A model generated the notes under the pieces. It worked only from the letters and a program-made list of their open reading frames with translations, did not search any database and was not told where the DNA came from. This document shows positions 51,224 to 64,000 of a stretch of 64,000 nucleotides of DNA, piece by piece. Source of the DNA: Microbotryum violaceum (taxonomy: Eukaryota); assembly GCA_001244265.2 (NCBI GenBank), contig CDLV01000016.1:806001-870000 (forward strand). The letters are read 5' to 3'. Position 1 is the first letter of the stretch; every line of letters begins with the position of its first letter. Made by a program: the position numbers and the translations under genes.

Positions 51224-54200
51224 TTAAAACCCATAACTCCTGAACCTCGATCCATCCTGCCCTTGTCCCTGTGTTTGTCCTTCCCCACCTCCACTTTCAC
51301 CATTACCACCCGTCGCCCTCTCCCCATGTTCGCCCTGCCCTTGATCACCTTCGAACCCCGCATGCGTATGCCCATTGCCAAAAAAGTCATGGTGCGAATG
51401 CGATTGTTGCTGGTGGCGGCCTCCATGATGTTGATGTTGCTGATCGTGCTGTTGGTGTTGCATCTGTTGATGAGGTTGAGATTGTTGATGATGAGATGGT
51501 GGGGGTGGAGGATGATCGAAACCATTGGACCGTCCTCCTCCTCCATTGGCTTGCATCGAAGGTAATTGATACTCCCCCTGATTCACAAGTTGTGGTGACG
51601 AAGATACATCTTGATGATGTGCTCCGGTATGAGCATGGAAGAAGGAATCGTCATCGAGCGACGCGTCCACGCCAAGCGAACTCTCCTCTTTTACGGTACC
51701 CGAACCCCCCGCTGCGACGGCGGCGGCGACGTTTGCTTCGGCTATAGCAGCCTCGGCGGCTTTGACCTTTTTCGACTTCTTCCCCTTCTTGGGTAACGCT
51801 TCACCACTCGCCGCAGCTGCTGCAAGTTTGGCTGCACGTGAGACTTGACGAGCGTATCGAAGACCTGTAAGGATGGGACAGGGAGGGGTCAAGAATCAGT
51901 AACTTGGTCACTTACGTCCAGCTGCGACCGACCGAGTCATCAAACCCACCACAAGCATTACAAAGGCTCTTGTTCCCACTCGGTCCCTTCCTCCACTCGG
52001 GGCTATTCGCCGTCCCACAACTCTCGCACGCCGCAGGACCAGGCTTGTTCGCCACGGGTTCCGTCTTAACCTTCGGCGCCTTTTCCTTCTTCACAGACGT
52101 TGATGCGCTGAGAGAAGATAAACCGCCTTTGGTGGAGGTGGAAGTAGAGGTGGAGAACTCTGCGCCGCCGGGATTGAGGCCGTTGGGATCTGACGCCGCA
52201 CCGAGACTGGATTCTTGCGTCGAAGAGCCTTCTTCCGAGATGCCGGAGCGAGCCGGCGGTAATGAGCTATCGCCATTGAGATGAGGACTACCCGTGTGAC
52301 CGATCAGATGGGGGTGTTGCATCATGTGGTGCGATTGGTGCGACAACAGACTACCACCCGCAGCTCCATACGGATTTCCGAGAGGCGGCAAAGAAGGGCT
52401 CGGGTACCCAGCGTACCCATGCGATGTGGCCATGTGCATCATCGGATGTTGTTGTGGCGCCATTGAGTGCTGAGAGTACATCGGGTACACCTGCGCGGGC
52501 ATATGGGGGTGCTGGTGATAAAGCGGATGGCCGAAAGTGGCAGGGTGCGAGAACGGGTAATGGGGCTGGGGAGGTGCGGGGTAAGGAGCCGACGGGGGCT
52601 GCATCGGCGACCGATAGAGATTTTGGACCGGAGGCAGATGCGGGCTCGGGTGATGAACGGGGGACGTCGATGGGTTGAGAAGAGGACCACCCGTCAAGGA
52701 CCCGAGGATCGCGGCCGAGGAAGCGACAGTCGGTGACAGACCACCATTACGTCGGTCCCCAGGAGGAGAAAGCCTATCGGATGAGGCCTGTGGTACCTCG
52801 AGCCGCAGGGAATCATGCGGTGTCTTCGGACCGAGCGGTGCCTCGAAGCGAGGTCGCTTGAACAGCGGATACTCCGGGTAATCGAACGAAAAGGGCTTGG
52901 GCTGTCCCGGTGTCAAAAACGGCACATCCTCAAGCTCAAACTTATTCGCGGCGTGCGAGACCCTCGGTGACGAAGTCGTAGACTGTGATGAAGAAGCCGG
53001 CGATGCCGACGACACGGCACGTTGCTTCGCCGCCGCCGAGAGATAGATTCCACCCGTGTCGAACACGCAGAACGTGATTGCGCCGTACAGAATGACAACG
53101 GACTCGATCGAGACGAGCGATCCGGCCTTGAGCAACGGGTGCTTGTCGCGGTATCGGCGCGTGCAGCTCGTTCGACTCTCGTGCGACGGCCTCGGCTTGT
53201 TGACGACTTGTTGGCCCAAGGCAGCATACTCGGTAGGGTCGTACTCGTGAGCGGGCGTCGAGGGAGGAGGAAATGTCACGATCGGGTGGCCATCGGTGTT
53301 AATGATCTGAAAGACGTGAGGTGGGGGTCCTTCCGACAGTGACTGGTGTCGCGACGAGATATTGTACGAGGTCGCTCGGGCGAGGGCGGCTTCAAGTTCG
53401 ACGCAGCGTGCTTGATCCAGGTATCCACCGTCCTCGCTACGGGGCCCGCACCAGTTGGACCAATGGCTTCGGCGCGACTCGTCGTTATCGCGTGCCTCAT
53501 CCTTGTCAGCTGTGGCATGAAAGAAAGCCAACACTGCCCCACGCAACTCGTCGCCATTGCCGGAGCCGAAGCCGGTCTCCCCACCTCCGATCCAGGAAGT
53601 GGTGATATCGATGCTGAGGTATTCACTGTCGTACGCGATAAGCTTGGCTTCTGGGTCCGTCTCCGGTTCGGTCGCTCCAAGCATTTGGCGGATCCGAGGT
53701 ACTCGAGAATAGCGGCATCTGGTCAAATCTCGGAGAGAGCGAAAGTCAGCACCTCGGGGAGAGAGAGACCATGGCCAAAGCTGCGATGAACTGACCTCGT
53801 TACACTGCCGAATATACCGGCCTGCTCGATCCCACTGTGACCATCCCTGCCTGGGTTCGGCATCAGATCGGCCCTCAACGCATCCCTCTCGTCGGGGTGA
53901 ACGTAGTCGAGCATGTTGGTGCCGAGAAAGCGGTCCTTTTGCTCCTTGAGATGGGCATCGAGGATGGGGTCGACGGCGATGTAATCCAGCGACGGCGACA
54001 AGATGGACCAATAGCAACGCGTTCTCCCCAGTGCGACGGTGTTGGGTTTCGGCGTCGAGCTCGAGTAGGAGTTGCTCGACAAGGGACGGCCGAGCGAGGT
54101 CGAAGGCACGGTCGCGGAGGCAGCGGCAATAAGCGAGTTGAACGGGAAGCTTGAAGCCGATGCCGACGCTGCGAGGGAGGGCATCGTCGACGTGCTCGAG

Positions 54201-54244
54201 CTGGACCCAAAGTCGAACCGAGCGTGCGAGTCGGACGAGGCCAT
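51224..54244 (-). CDS. PAS-domain + GATA zinc-finger transcription factor (basidiomycete WC-2/NsdD-like class)
   Basis: TRCYWSILS...LDYVHPDE (PAS-like) and CESCGTANSPEWRKGPSGNKSLCNACG|LRYAR (Cx2Cx18Cx2C). Introns at about 53794-53722 and 51948-51866. Confidence 0.88.
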
Positions 54245-55103
54245 GGCTTGTGTGCGTGGCTGCTGTTGCTGCTGCGGCGGCGGCGGTTGTCCCTGGACTC
54301 GCGACGAAGGCTGGTTTTGGTGCGCCTAGAACGGGTGCCGGTCAGTCAGTCGGTCGCTGGTGAGATCAGTCGCTCGCTCAGGCGTGCCGTGGTTGTGGGG
54401 CCGATGGCGTACGGTATACCTCGCTCAAAGCCAGTAGCTGACTGGCTTTGACACCTGTATGGTCAGTCAAGTGTTGGAGCTCGAGCACAACACAAGGATC
54501 GTCACCGTTTTCGCTCCGAGGGCGCCGTTCAGCAGTGACAGCCTCAGGCGGGGGAGGCTCAGGCGACCGGGTCAGAGGCGACCGCGACAAATGGCAATCT
54601 TTATGCCACTTTATGCCACTTTATGCCGGCGCAGAAGTCGCCTTCAGGATGAATAATGGCCACTTTGGGGCCGTCTCCCCATCTCCCCATACTCATACGG
54701 TCATACCGCTGTTGGCTGGGCATGGCGTGGTACTCGAGTCAACGAGCAAAAGCAATCATTGAGCACTAACATCTACCCCATTATATTTGTGATCGTCTGA
54801 ACCCATTTGATGGGTGCAGTGCCCCCGGCAGCATACCGACGCTTTGCACTGCAGGGCTGCAGCCCCCACCCCCACTCGCGCGAAAACGGGCCAGATCGCG
54901 GATCGAGTCGCCTTTGATGGCAGACGAATACGGCCTCTGTCGCTCCTGCACAGGGGTGCATACGGGTTCATGATCACCTCCAGCTCTTTCCAATACCTCT
55001 GCCTTACATTACACAGCTATGCACGCTCGTGCACGCTCGGACTGAATCGACCCTCCGCACGGAACAGCCTTCGGATCCGATTCCCAGCGCTTGCGCCGCC
55101 GTT

Positions 55104-55193
55104 CATGACAGTGCATGACAGTGCATGACAGCGCGTGACAGCGCGTGACAGCGCGTGACAGCGCGTGACAGCGCGTGACAGCGCGTGACAGCG
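55104..55193 (+). repeat. 10-bp tandem repeat x9 (CRTGACAGYG)
   Basis: CATGACAGTG x2, CATGACAGCG x1, CGTGACAGCG x6. Confidence 0.95.
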
Positions 55194-56600
55194 CACATCC
55201 CTGCATTTCAATGATATGAACCATAAGACCCAGACGCACAGTGATGCATGCCGATGAACCAGCATGGCGTACTCAAAAAAAAAAAACATGTTACCATTTC
55301 TGCCTGGTGACCGAGTTTCAAGTTCTCCAGCAGCCGAATCGCCACTCCTGGGTGACCGACTCTGCCACATGTTTGATACCCTACACTAGACCGAGGTGGG
55401 TCAATATCCCATAGGAAACGGTCACGCTCCGATCCGCCTTTCGAATGGGGATCTGCACGTTTTTGGGGTAGAGTAAGTGATCGACCTCGATAAGTCTTCC
55501 AAGCTTCCCAGCCTCGGCTTACCTACTTCGCGCTCTAGGATTTGTGTTTAGATTTGGAGAATGAAATAGGGGGCTAGGGAGCGTCAGTTGGAGTGGGGCT
55601 GTTCTGCTGGTAAAGCTTACAAGAGGTCGAGGTATGTGAGTCAACGCATGCGACGACCCATCAGCTCTCGCACTCAGCCGTTCGCACAGGGGGTGGGGGC
55701 CCGTCAGTTAGTCGACTCGAGTCGGACTCCACTGCACCTCGATCATCCATCCTCAGCATCAACCTCGTAATCGCGAGTCATCGCCATTCATCATCATACA
55801 TCATCATACTGATTGAAGGCATACTTTTCTGTTGTGAATGAGGTTATCTCTCCACCTGTTTGAATACTGGGTGGAGCATGAATACGAGTCCTTGAGCTCG
55901 CGCGCGCGCGCCTCGATTTGATTTGGTTATTTTTGTCCAAACCTACCAGAACCACGTCGCGCGCCTTGTCTCTCTTTTTTTGTCCAAAGTTTCCTCTCTG
56001 AGACTTCTGACGGCCGAGGAGCGGTTTAAAGTTTACCCCGATCGAGCATGCATGCTGCTTCTAGACCACACGAAGCAAGCGGGGCTAGGGGCTAGGGGCT
56101 CGATGTACCACCATGACAATACACCCTGTGATGGGATTCAACACCTTCCTGGAGGCCTCGGAACGAAAAAAATTCTCGCTAAGTGTGAGTGAAGAGTGTT
56201 CACGATTTCGATCGGGTTGTGGAAGCCTGCAGGGCTGCAAAGAGTGATCGAGGCGAGCACCGATCGACATCTCTCCCCGCCCGCCTCGAGCACTAGCAAC
56301 GACGCCGATCGCTCCAGCGAGCTAAAACTGCCCAATGGAGATCGCCGATTTGCAAATCTCGATTTCGAAGACCCGTAATGCAATCGCCCATGTCTCGATA
56401 CCTTGAGGATGCCCAAGAAGTTGCTTAAACCCGGATATGATATCAACAAGAAAAGATGTGTGCTGTACTCTGCTACGGAAAATCTACTGCCAAGATGGGT
56501 GAAAATAAGAGGCTCACTAAAACTGAGAATGCGACGATAGGACGAAACTGAACAAAAGATAAACCTATGCTAATGCGGGAACAAGAAGAAAGGGTAATCA

Positions 56601-59600
56601 TCAAGCAGCCAAAGCTTGAGTGATGATGGTTGAAATTAGATTGGCTCGGTCGTGGTCCGAGCTAAACCCTTGAGCGACATCTTCGTCCGTTGTTGAGGTC
56701 CAATCATTTCCACCTCCGTCCATCGAGTAACGACCTCGCGCAGCCTTAAAGGTAGGGGCGAGCGAACCGAAGCCGAGACGATGTAGTTGATCGAGCAAGG
56801 CGGTATCGGAAAAGGTGGAAGCGACAGACCCCGATGGAATCGAGTTGATCGCGTCGTACAAGAGCGGGTCGGAGCCGAGCCGGGAGAGGTAAGTGTCAAG
56901 AGTGCGAGCAAGGGTCTCCGAACTGCTCGTCGAGAAAGGATTGACTCGGAAAATTGAGCAGGCAGTCTCGTGACACAAGATGCGTTGAATGCACTCACAA
57001 TAAGCTTTCAAGATCCGGATATAATGTGAGAGTCCGAGCAATGACATGGAACAGGGCGGCTGCCGCCGCATCGGAAGCCGTCACGTCTTCGAGCAACCGC
57101 GTGGACAAAGCGAGGCACATCAACGCCTGAGGAAGATGACAGGAAGGATCAGCAAAAGCGAGCTGATACAAGACCTTTGCATACATGCTCACGGCATTTT
57201 GGTCAGGAATCTCTAGCTTTGCTGCGATAGCAGGCATGTTCGAGACTCGAGGCGGGGTGTCGATGCGTGCCGCAGACAGGAGCTCGGGCAGGCGACCTTG
57301 GTCGACCAGAGTTGGAAGCAAGGCGATGAAAGGTCCCAGCCAGCGAGACTGTGGCTTTGGCACCTCCGTATCATCCTCGACCAGTGGATGAGAGTGATGA
57401 ATGATTGACAACAAGCAGTACGTCGCGTCCGAAGCCGTCTTGGCGTCCATCGAAAGCCGAGCGAGCAAAGAAGCGAGAGCAAAGCCCAGATCGAGCTCAA
57501 AGCTGACGCCGATCTGTGCGGGCATCGATTGGACATCGTGAGCGAGCCACAGCTCGCCCAGCATCTCAAGTGCTCCGGTGTCCATGAACGCCCCGCTGAT
57601 CTGTAGCTTTTCGATCGCCACCGCCAACAGCGCCACGGCGGGCCGGCTCACGAGCGAGGGTCGGGCGAGGAGTAACGCCATGCCGGTTTCGGTTGTGGCG
57701 AGCAAGAACTTGGACTCGGACTGAAGCGTCTTGGATAGACAGCGTGTCAGTAAAACCGCAAGCTCAACTCCATCGGGCGAACGAATCGCATTGGACAGGG
57801 TAGTAAGGAGCTGGAAGACGACATCATCATCGAGAGCCGTTGAACCGAGGTACGACAGTGTCGCCACCGCACGACCCTGGAGAGCCGCGTCGTACTGGAA
57901 GCAGAGCGTCGAGGTGAGACTCGCCCATCGAGTCCGCCAGGCGTTCTCAGTGTCCGTGCCCGGCGCACCAGCCTCGATGATCTCGCCCAATGCTGTCGCC
58001 AATCTTTCGCCGTGACACAAGACGTCCCAATCCGCCACAGCGCCCGCGCCTCGTGATCGAAGGCCCATCAGCTCGAGCACGGCCTCGCTTTCAAACGCTT
58101 TGCTCAGGTCCGACAGTCGCTTGCGATCGGCCTGTTCGTCCAGGGCTAGGCTCGAGATGGTGTTCTGTATGAGCTGTCGGAGCGTCTGCCGTTGCGAGAT
58201 CGAGCCTTCGCCGGCCAAACACATGACGATGTGTACGATCTCGGGTAAGAGGATCTGCGTCGAAATCCTTGCCTCGAACGATAGCGACAGGTCGAAGCGC
58301 AATGCGACGGCGATCAGAAAGTCTTGCTTGGTCTGGGCAGAGTTCAGCGTGGTAGACGGCACAACTGTGGTCACTGCGGCGGCTTTTGCAGCCAAAGCTC
58401 GTCGAATTCGTCCCAGGACTCGGCCCCTAAATGAAGGACCTGCAGCCAAGGTGGCAAGCACGTCCCCATACTTCGCAGCAGCAGCTTCGCTAGCACTCAA
58501 CTCTTCCCGGGGTACAAGATCCAACGCCTGGTCGAGAACGAGATCATGCACCGCTTCAAGCCTCCCCATGGCGGGCCAGAACCGAGCCGTCAGCGCGGCG
58601 CCCAGGTGAGGATCCTCAACCGATTTGCGCAGCAGCGTGCGGAAGATGCGCCGTAGGCGAAGGCGGACTTTGGAGATCTGCTCGGTCGGTACGAGCAACG
58701 CGCTAGGGAGATGATGTAGCCACGAACGAAGGGCGTAGATCGATCCGATTGCTTGGATGAGCGAACGCCCAGTCCTCGCAATAACTTCAACCAGTCCTTC
58801 GACGACATCAAGGGCGAGTTGCGGAGGCATCACTGCCGATAGGGTTTCGCTCAGGGACGAAAGGTGCACAAGGTCTCCTGAAGGTAGGTAGGAGCCTGAA
58901 CATAATGGAGGCATCAGCTAGTGAATATAAACGCAGACATTTCACGCCAGTACTCACTCGACAAATCCGACATGCCTTCGAATGCGCCAAGCGCCTTGCC
59001 CAGAGCTCGAGCGAGCCTGTATCCGTGCGTTCGAAGTTCTGCATCTGGCGAGGTGCAGGATACCATAGCCAAAGTTGAGATACAAGCGAGAGCGGAACGA
59101 TTGCTGCGCATGCTGGAGATGGCTTGAGTTACAAGTAGTGCCTTGGTTGATGAGCCAGTACACCGAGCCCGAAGCTCTTCAAGGATCTCGGCAGCCCCCG
59201 ATTCGATGAGTAGCGTCCACGACTTGTCCCCGTCCCCATCTCGCATGCGCACCATAATCTCATCGCCGTACCTGTTCGTGCTCATCAATCGCACATCGTC
59301 GATCATGTCGAACGGCGCCATTTCGCAGAACACTGAAGTGAGGTCCCACGAGATCGGATGGGGTTTGACGGTGGTGAGATAGGCGGTAGTCGAATCGAGT
59401 TGGAGCAAGACGGGGACTTCGACCCTCACGGGATGTTTGAGCGTGATGCGATTATAAGTGACTCGGGGCTCCCTTACGAGCGCCAAAGTCGAAGCTGGAA
59501 GGGCCGAAGTAGGAAGAAAGCGGGCCAAATCCTCCAAGTGATAACATGCCACGACCATTCGTACATCGACTGAGCCCATTCGAGTCTCCACTCGGCGCAG

Positions 59601-62600
59601 GTAGGCCTGGGCACAAAAGTTAGGCGAGAACAGCACCGCTTGCGAGAGACGTTTGACGATCGGTTCCGGCACGAAGCCGAGAAAGCGCTGCACGTGAGCA
59701 GGGTTGAGGATGTTATCATTCGAAATCCCCGTCAGGTCGATGAGGATGTCCCAATGCTCCGTCTCAAAGGTCGTGAGGCAGTGCAGGGCCCAAAATGTGA
59801 GGCCTTCGACATCAACCGTCTCGGCGTCGATCCTCCTGGGACAGTAGATGAAAAGAGCCGCCCTCGGATGAGCCGTCACGGGAGAACGATAGAAAACGTC
59901 TGACCACTTGTTCGCTTCGTTTGAATTGATCCGGAACGCATTCTGCGCCATAAAGGACGTCAGCGTCTCGTTTGTCCGTTCGCCGGGTCGAGTCATGACC
60001 AAGTCGGCCTGCTTGACTGGACCCAAAGCCGCAACGAGGTCAGTCAACGTCTCCCAGAGATTGTTCGCATCGCCGTCGGGGTAGTTAAGTAATTTTGATC
60101 CGATCTTGCTGCAATTATCGACAAGGAACGAATGCAAGAACGCCAGATTCGCAGGGCTCAGTTGATCTTGATTGGCCGCGTCGAAGGTCTCGATCCGCGG
60201 TGCGCTCGGTGGACGCGACATGGACGAGAGGAAGCTTGTCATGGTGAAGATGTTGCGATCCATAAAGGGGTTAATGGCGCGCATGCCGGGTTCCTTGGCT
60301 CCGAAGCGGACATTGTTGGCGAGCGCCTGCAAGATCTTGCTAACCGATACCAGTCCTTTGCGGACCTCCCGCGCGTCGGTGCCTGCGGCCTGGTCGACGA
60401 GGTCGAGGTCAATCATTTCTGGTGACACAATGGCGGGGTTGATGAGACGTAGAAAGATGAAACCTCCAATGGCGGTAAAGACGGATTCGGGGAAGCGCGC
60501 TCCCACGGCCTCGGCAATGAGCGCGCAAATTTCTCGAATCGTGTCCGGCGCTGCGTCGGCCGATTGAGCGATGCGGACGAGGAAGGCCTCGGTTATTTGG
60601 ATCAAGTTGCGCGAAGCGACATCGTCGTCGCTCGAGTCTCGATGAGGGTCGAAATCCTGTGATATGACCCGCACAAAAGTCAGCTTCGCAACTCTCGGCG
60701 CCTCGCACTCTGCAGCGCACTCACCAAGTTAAACTCGGGCGGCTTCGAGCAAATCGCTAGCAGCAATTCACGGAGCGTCTCCCGAAGATAACGATACCCC
60801 TGGACCTTGGAATAGATCGTCAAGAGCCTCGAAGCGAACGTATTGCCTCGGAACAAGGTCGACTCGTGATCGGTCGCTGAGACCTCTGCGGCGATGACGG
60901 CACGTAGGAAGCGGACTGTCGCAGACGGAGTCGACATGATTCGCAACAAGACCTCGATAAGATCGTCGTACTTGGCAGGTGGGCACACTTCGCACAACGC
61001 CAGAGCCAAAGAGGAAGGATTATATCGGATGAGCTGGGAGATCTGACGGTAGGCACTATCTGTCGATGAAGCACCATCATCGACGTCAAACTTGACACCC
61101 TGGGCTAATAAGAGTGTGAGCACCTCAATATAGATGTGTCGGAGCGGGTCTTGCAATTTCGAGCACGTCATTTCGGAGATCCTTCTAGTTGCCATCGCAA
61201 TCTCCTGATTCGACGCCAGGAGCGCAGCAAATCCTTGCATCAGCGCTGCTTTGGTCCGGTTGAGGTCGCCCGCGATCCTAGGCTCGGCTTCGACGCCGGC
61301 CATACCGGTCAACACTTGGGTGAAGTGATCGAAGTACCGGTTGAACGCGGCTCGATCGGGTGTACCATCGTGGGCTTGTAGCTTGAGTCCCTTGAGGAGG
61401 ACCGAGAAAGCGCGCTGGCCCGCTCTATCGTCAGTGACGGAGATCCAGCGATAGAGGTACTCCACAAGCCTGATCCGCTTTGGTGCCGAGACCTCGTCGA
61501 GCTCACCCGACTTGGCATGCACGTTCTCGCAGAGCGTCGACAGCTTGCTCTGTAGGCGTAGCCGCTCGTCCTGGATGGATAAAGTGCTGATGAATTCGGC
61601 GAAAACGACGAGGACCTCGACCATTGGCGCATACACGTCCCGATGAAGGCCACTTGAATCGACTCGAGTAACGAGAGCTTGCAATATGACGAGCGACTGA
61701 GTGATGAAGAGCATGTTCGAAAAGACACCGTCTTCCAAGTCGAAGTCGGGCTGATTCGTCGTCGACAATCGCTGTGCCGACTTTTTGAGCTGGATCACGA
61801 AGCCCGCCAATCGTCGCACGTCTAGGTTGCTGGCGAGCAGCTCTGTTGCATGAGTTCGGACGATAGGATCGTCGACAACAGATTGTTCCACTAGGTCGTA
61901 AACGATCGCGTTGGCCTGTCTTGCTCGTTCGTTGCGTCGAGCCATTCGAGAGTCAACGAGGCCCGTGCTACCTTCGTCAGATCCGGCCATGCGCGTACAC
62001 ACCCAACTCATGACCAGCAGCAACCCCGTCAACGACGACCAGTGGTTCAGTTCGAGGGACGCGGCCATATTTGACGACCCTTCGTAGGAAGTAGGTGATG
62101 TGTGATGGGAATGGAAGATATGGCTCGCGGCAAGGTCGCTTGCTCTTCGAGTCAGCTCGTCCCATGCGATGAGGAGACCCATCGACGCCTCATCCAGATC
62201 CTGAATGTAGAGCTTGAGGTGCCGCAACGTGTTGGACTTGGACGACAGGTCCCTCGCCTGTCCGAGCGGCTTGACGACCGAGCGAGAAGGGACGGCTGCG
62301 CCATGAACAAGCAGGATCTGGCGCGCACATTCGAGGGCGAGTTCGCTGGTCTCATCCGAAGGCGACAGGGCCGAGACGAGCAGACTCGCCTCGAGCGCAT
62401 TCCAAAATGCCTCCGACCACTTCCAAGTACCGCCCACCTTCTTCGAAAGGGGCTGCTTGATGATCTCGAGCATGACGCGCAGCAAAAGACAATGACACAT
62501 TGTCGCGTCATCGGCTTCCAAGATACGATGCGCGATGATCTTGCCTAGTTCGGACCAGTCGACAGTGTCGTCCTCTGTTCCGGTTCGCTGCCCGAACGAT

Positions 62601-64000
62601 GCGAAACACGCCAGAATCACCCCGAACGCAAGTCGATCGATCGTTTCGTCCAACAGATCGCGTGCGAGTTCTGCGACCGCGACGAGGGTGATTTCTGCAT
62701 CGGCGATCAAGAGATGGGGCGCTTTACTCCACAGAACCAGCATCGAGCGAATCAACACTGGGGAAGCATCCTCTGCCACGGTCGAAGGGTCAGTGTAGAT
62801 CGCTCCCGCGCTGCCTTGTCGTGCTCGTCGGATCGGCCTGGGGAGTCGAGTCGCGTAAGAGAACAGATTGCACAGCGATTTTGAAATTGTCGACAACGAC
62901 TCGGTGGAACCGGGATCGCTGAACAGGATCAGCAAAGCGTTGACGGTGCCGAGTTGGTGAGCGAGCGCCGAGTCAGGTTCCATGAGACGACTGAACAATT
63001 TGACGAGGTCGCCCTCATCCATTGCCTGGACGTTGGCGATAGCCACGAGGCACCTCGTCAAAGTAGCTCTCTGGATCGGGGACTCGCTGATGGCCTGCAT
63101 CAAGCTGGTGATGAATACCTGGGCACAGTCACTCGCAAGGGTCGCGATCGAGCTTGATGGCTCGACGATCTGATGCGACGCCATCAACAGATCAACACAC
63201 GCATTCTGGGCATACTCGTTGCTGCCTCCTGTCGAATTCAATAACGCGGCCTTGATAGCGTCGAGGAACTGCTTCTTCTTGCTGTATCCGCCCGAAGGCT
63301 TGTCCGTTGCCGCAGCGTCCTCGTTACTTGTCAGCTGTTGCACGATGTCGGGACAGCAGAGCAAGAGCATCATCATCGTCGGCCACGAGCTGGTAGGTGT
63401 CGGGCTCATCCGTCGTGTTAGGTTCTGGCCTGTCGGCGTCATCGCCGATGCTGATGGCGCAGCGCTCGAAGATGGATCGGGGACGAGAATTGTCGATTGG
63501 GCCCAAAGCAGATCGAAGAGCATATCGCAACCACCTTCGAGTCTTCGACCGAGCTGGACCATCGCACGGTATTCTTCGGGGCGAGAAGTGATCCAGGACC
63601 ACACCGAGGACCGCAGAGCGAGGACTATAACGAGCTGAGCAGGCTTGCGCAGGTGAAGAAAGGCATTGAAGACGTCTGCGAGCGATGGAGTGAGACGTCA
63701 ATTTCGGCGTAACATTCAAGAAGAAAAACTCGACTCTGGGCTCACCTTGAAAGACAGCCGATAATCGACTTCGGCTCATGCAAAAGCTTTCCAACATCCT
63801 CAGATCATGGGCCTCGAACTCCATCGCGGTCCCATTCGACGAAGGCAGGTCATTGGGAGTTGCGCCGGGACCAGAGTGACTCGCCAGTCTTTGCCGGAGA
63901 AGATTCTGTAATAGAGGCCAGTTCGAAGCCGACAGAAAGTATACTACCAGAGCCGAGTAATGGTGAATGTCGGAGCGCAGGTCCTCGCGCGTTTCAGAGG
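56601..64000 (-). CDS. NF1: Neurofibromin/Ira1-Ira2-like Ras GTPase-activating protein (5' end outside the window)
   Basis: Arginine-finger LFRGN, GGFIFLRLINPAIV (FLR motif), KILQALAN, then a Sec14/PH-like region (WDILIDLT) and long helical regions. Ends QALAA* at 56601. Confidence 0.92.

Overview
Gene-dense, intron-rich eukaryotic DNA. The splice signals (GTGAGT/GTACGT/GTCAGT donors, CTGAC/CTAAC branch points, 60-100 nt introns) and the protein sequences point to a basidiomycete fungus, probably Pucciniomycotina (inference). About 22 protein-coding genes can be assembled from exons: a Prr1-like kinase, arginyl-tRNA synthetase, a Hos2-like HDAC, COX17, an OSCA/CSC1 channel, an aldo-keto reductase, VPS34, a CCDC174-like protein, the molybdopterin synthase sulfur carrier, EFM4, a putative glycosyltransferase, complex I PSST, THI6, a METTL21-type methyltransferase, an F-box protein, VTC4, ERG20, SIS1, a PAS+GATA factor, a partial Ira/NF1 RasGAP and three small orphan genes. 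There is also a decayed SDR pseudogene. The main discovery is a box C/D snoRNA (snR60 homologue) at about 37.72-37.93 kb whose 3' rRNA guide is split by a 78-nt spliceosomal intron, and which appears to be nested in the intron of a non-coding host transcript. Other notable items: an 83-bp-arm hairpin downstream of THI6, a probable GUG-initiated mitochondrial ArgRS isoform, a start codon split by an intron, GC-AG introns, and two single-base frameshifts that may be assembly errors. All exon boundaries and family calls were read by eye and from memory of the families; no search was run.
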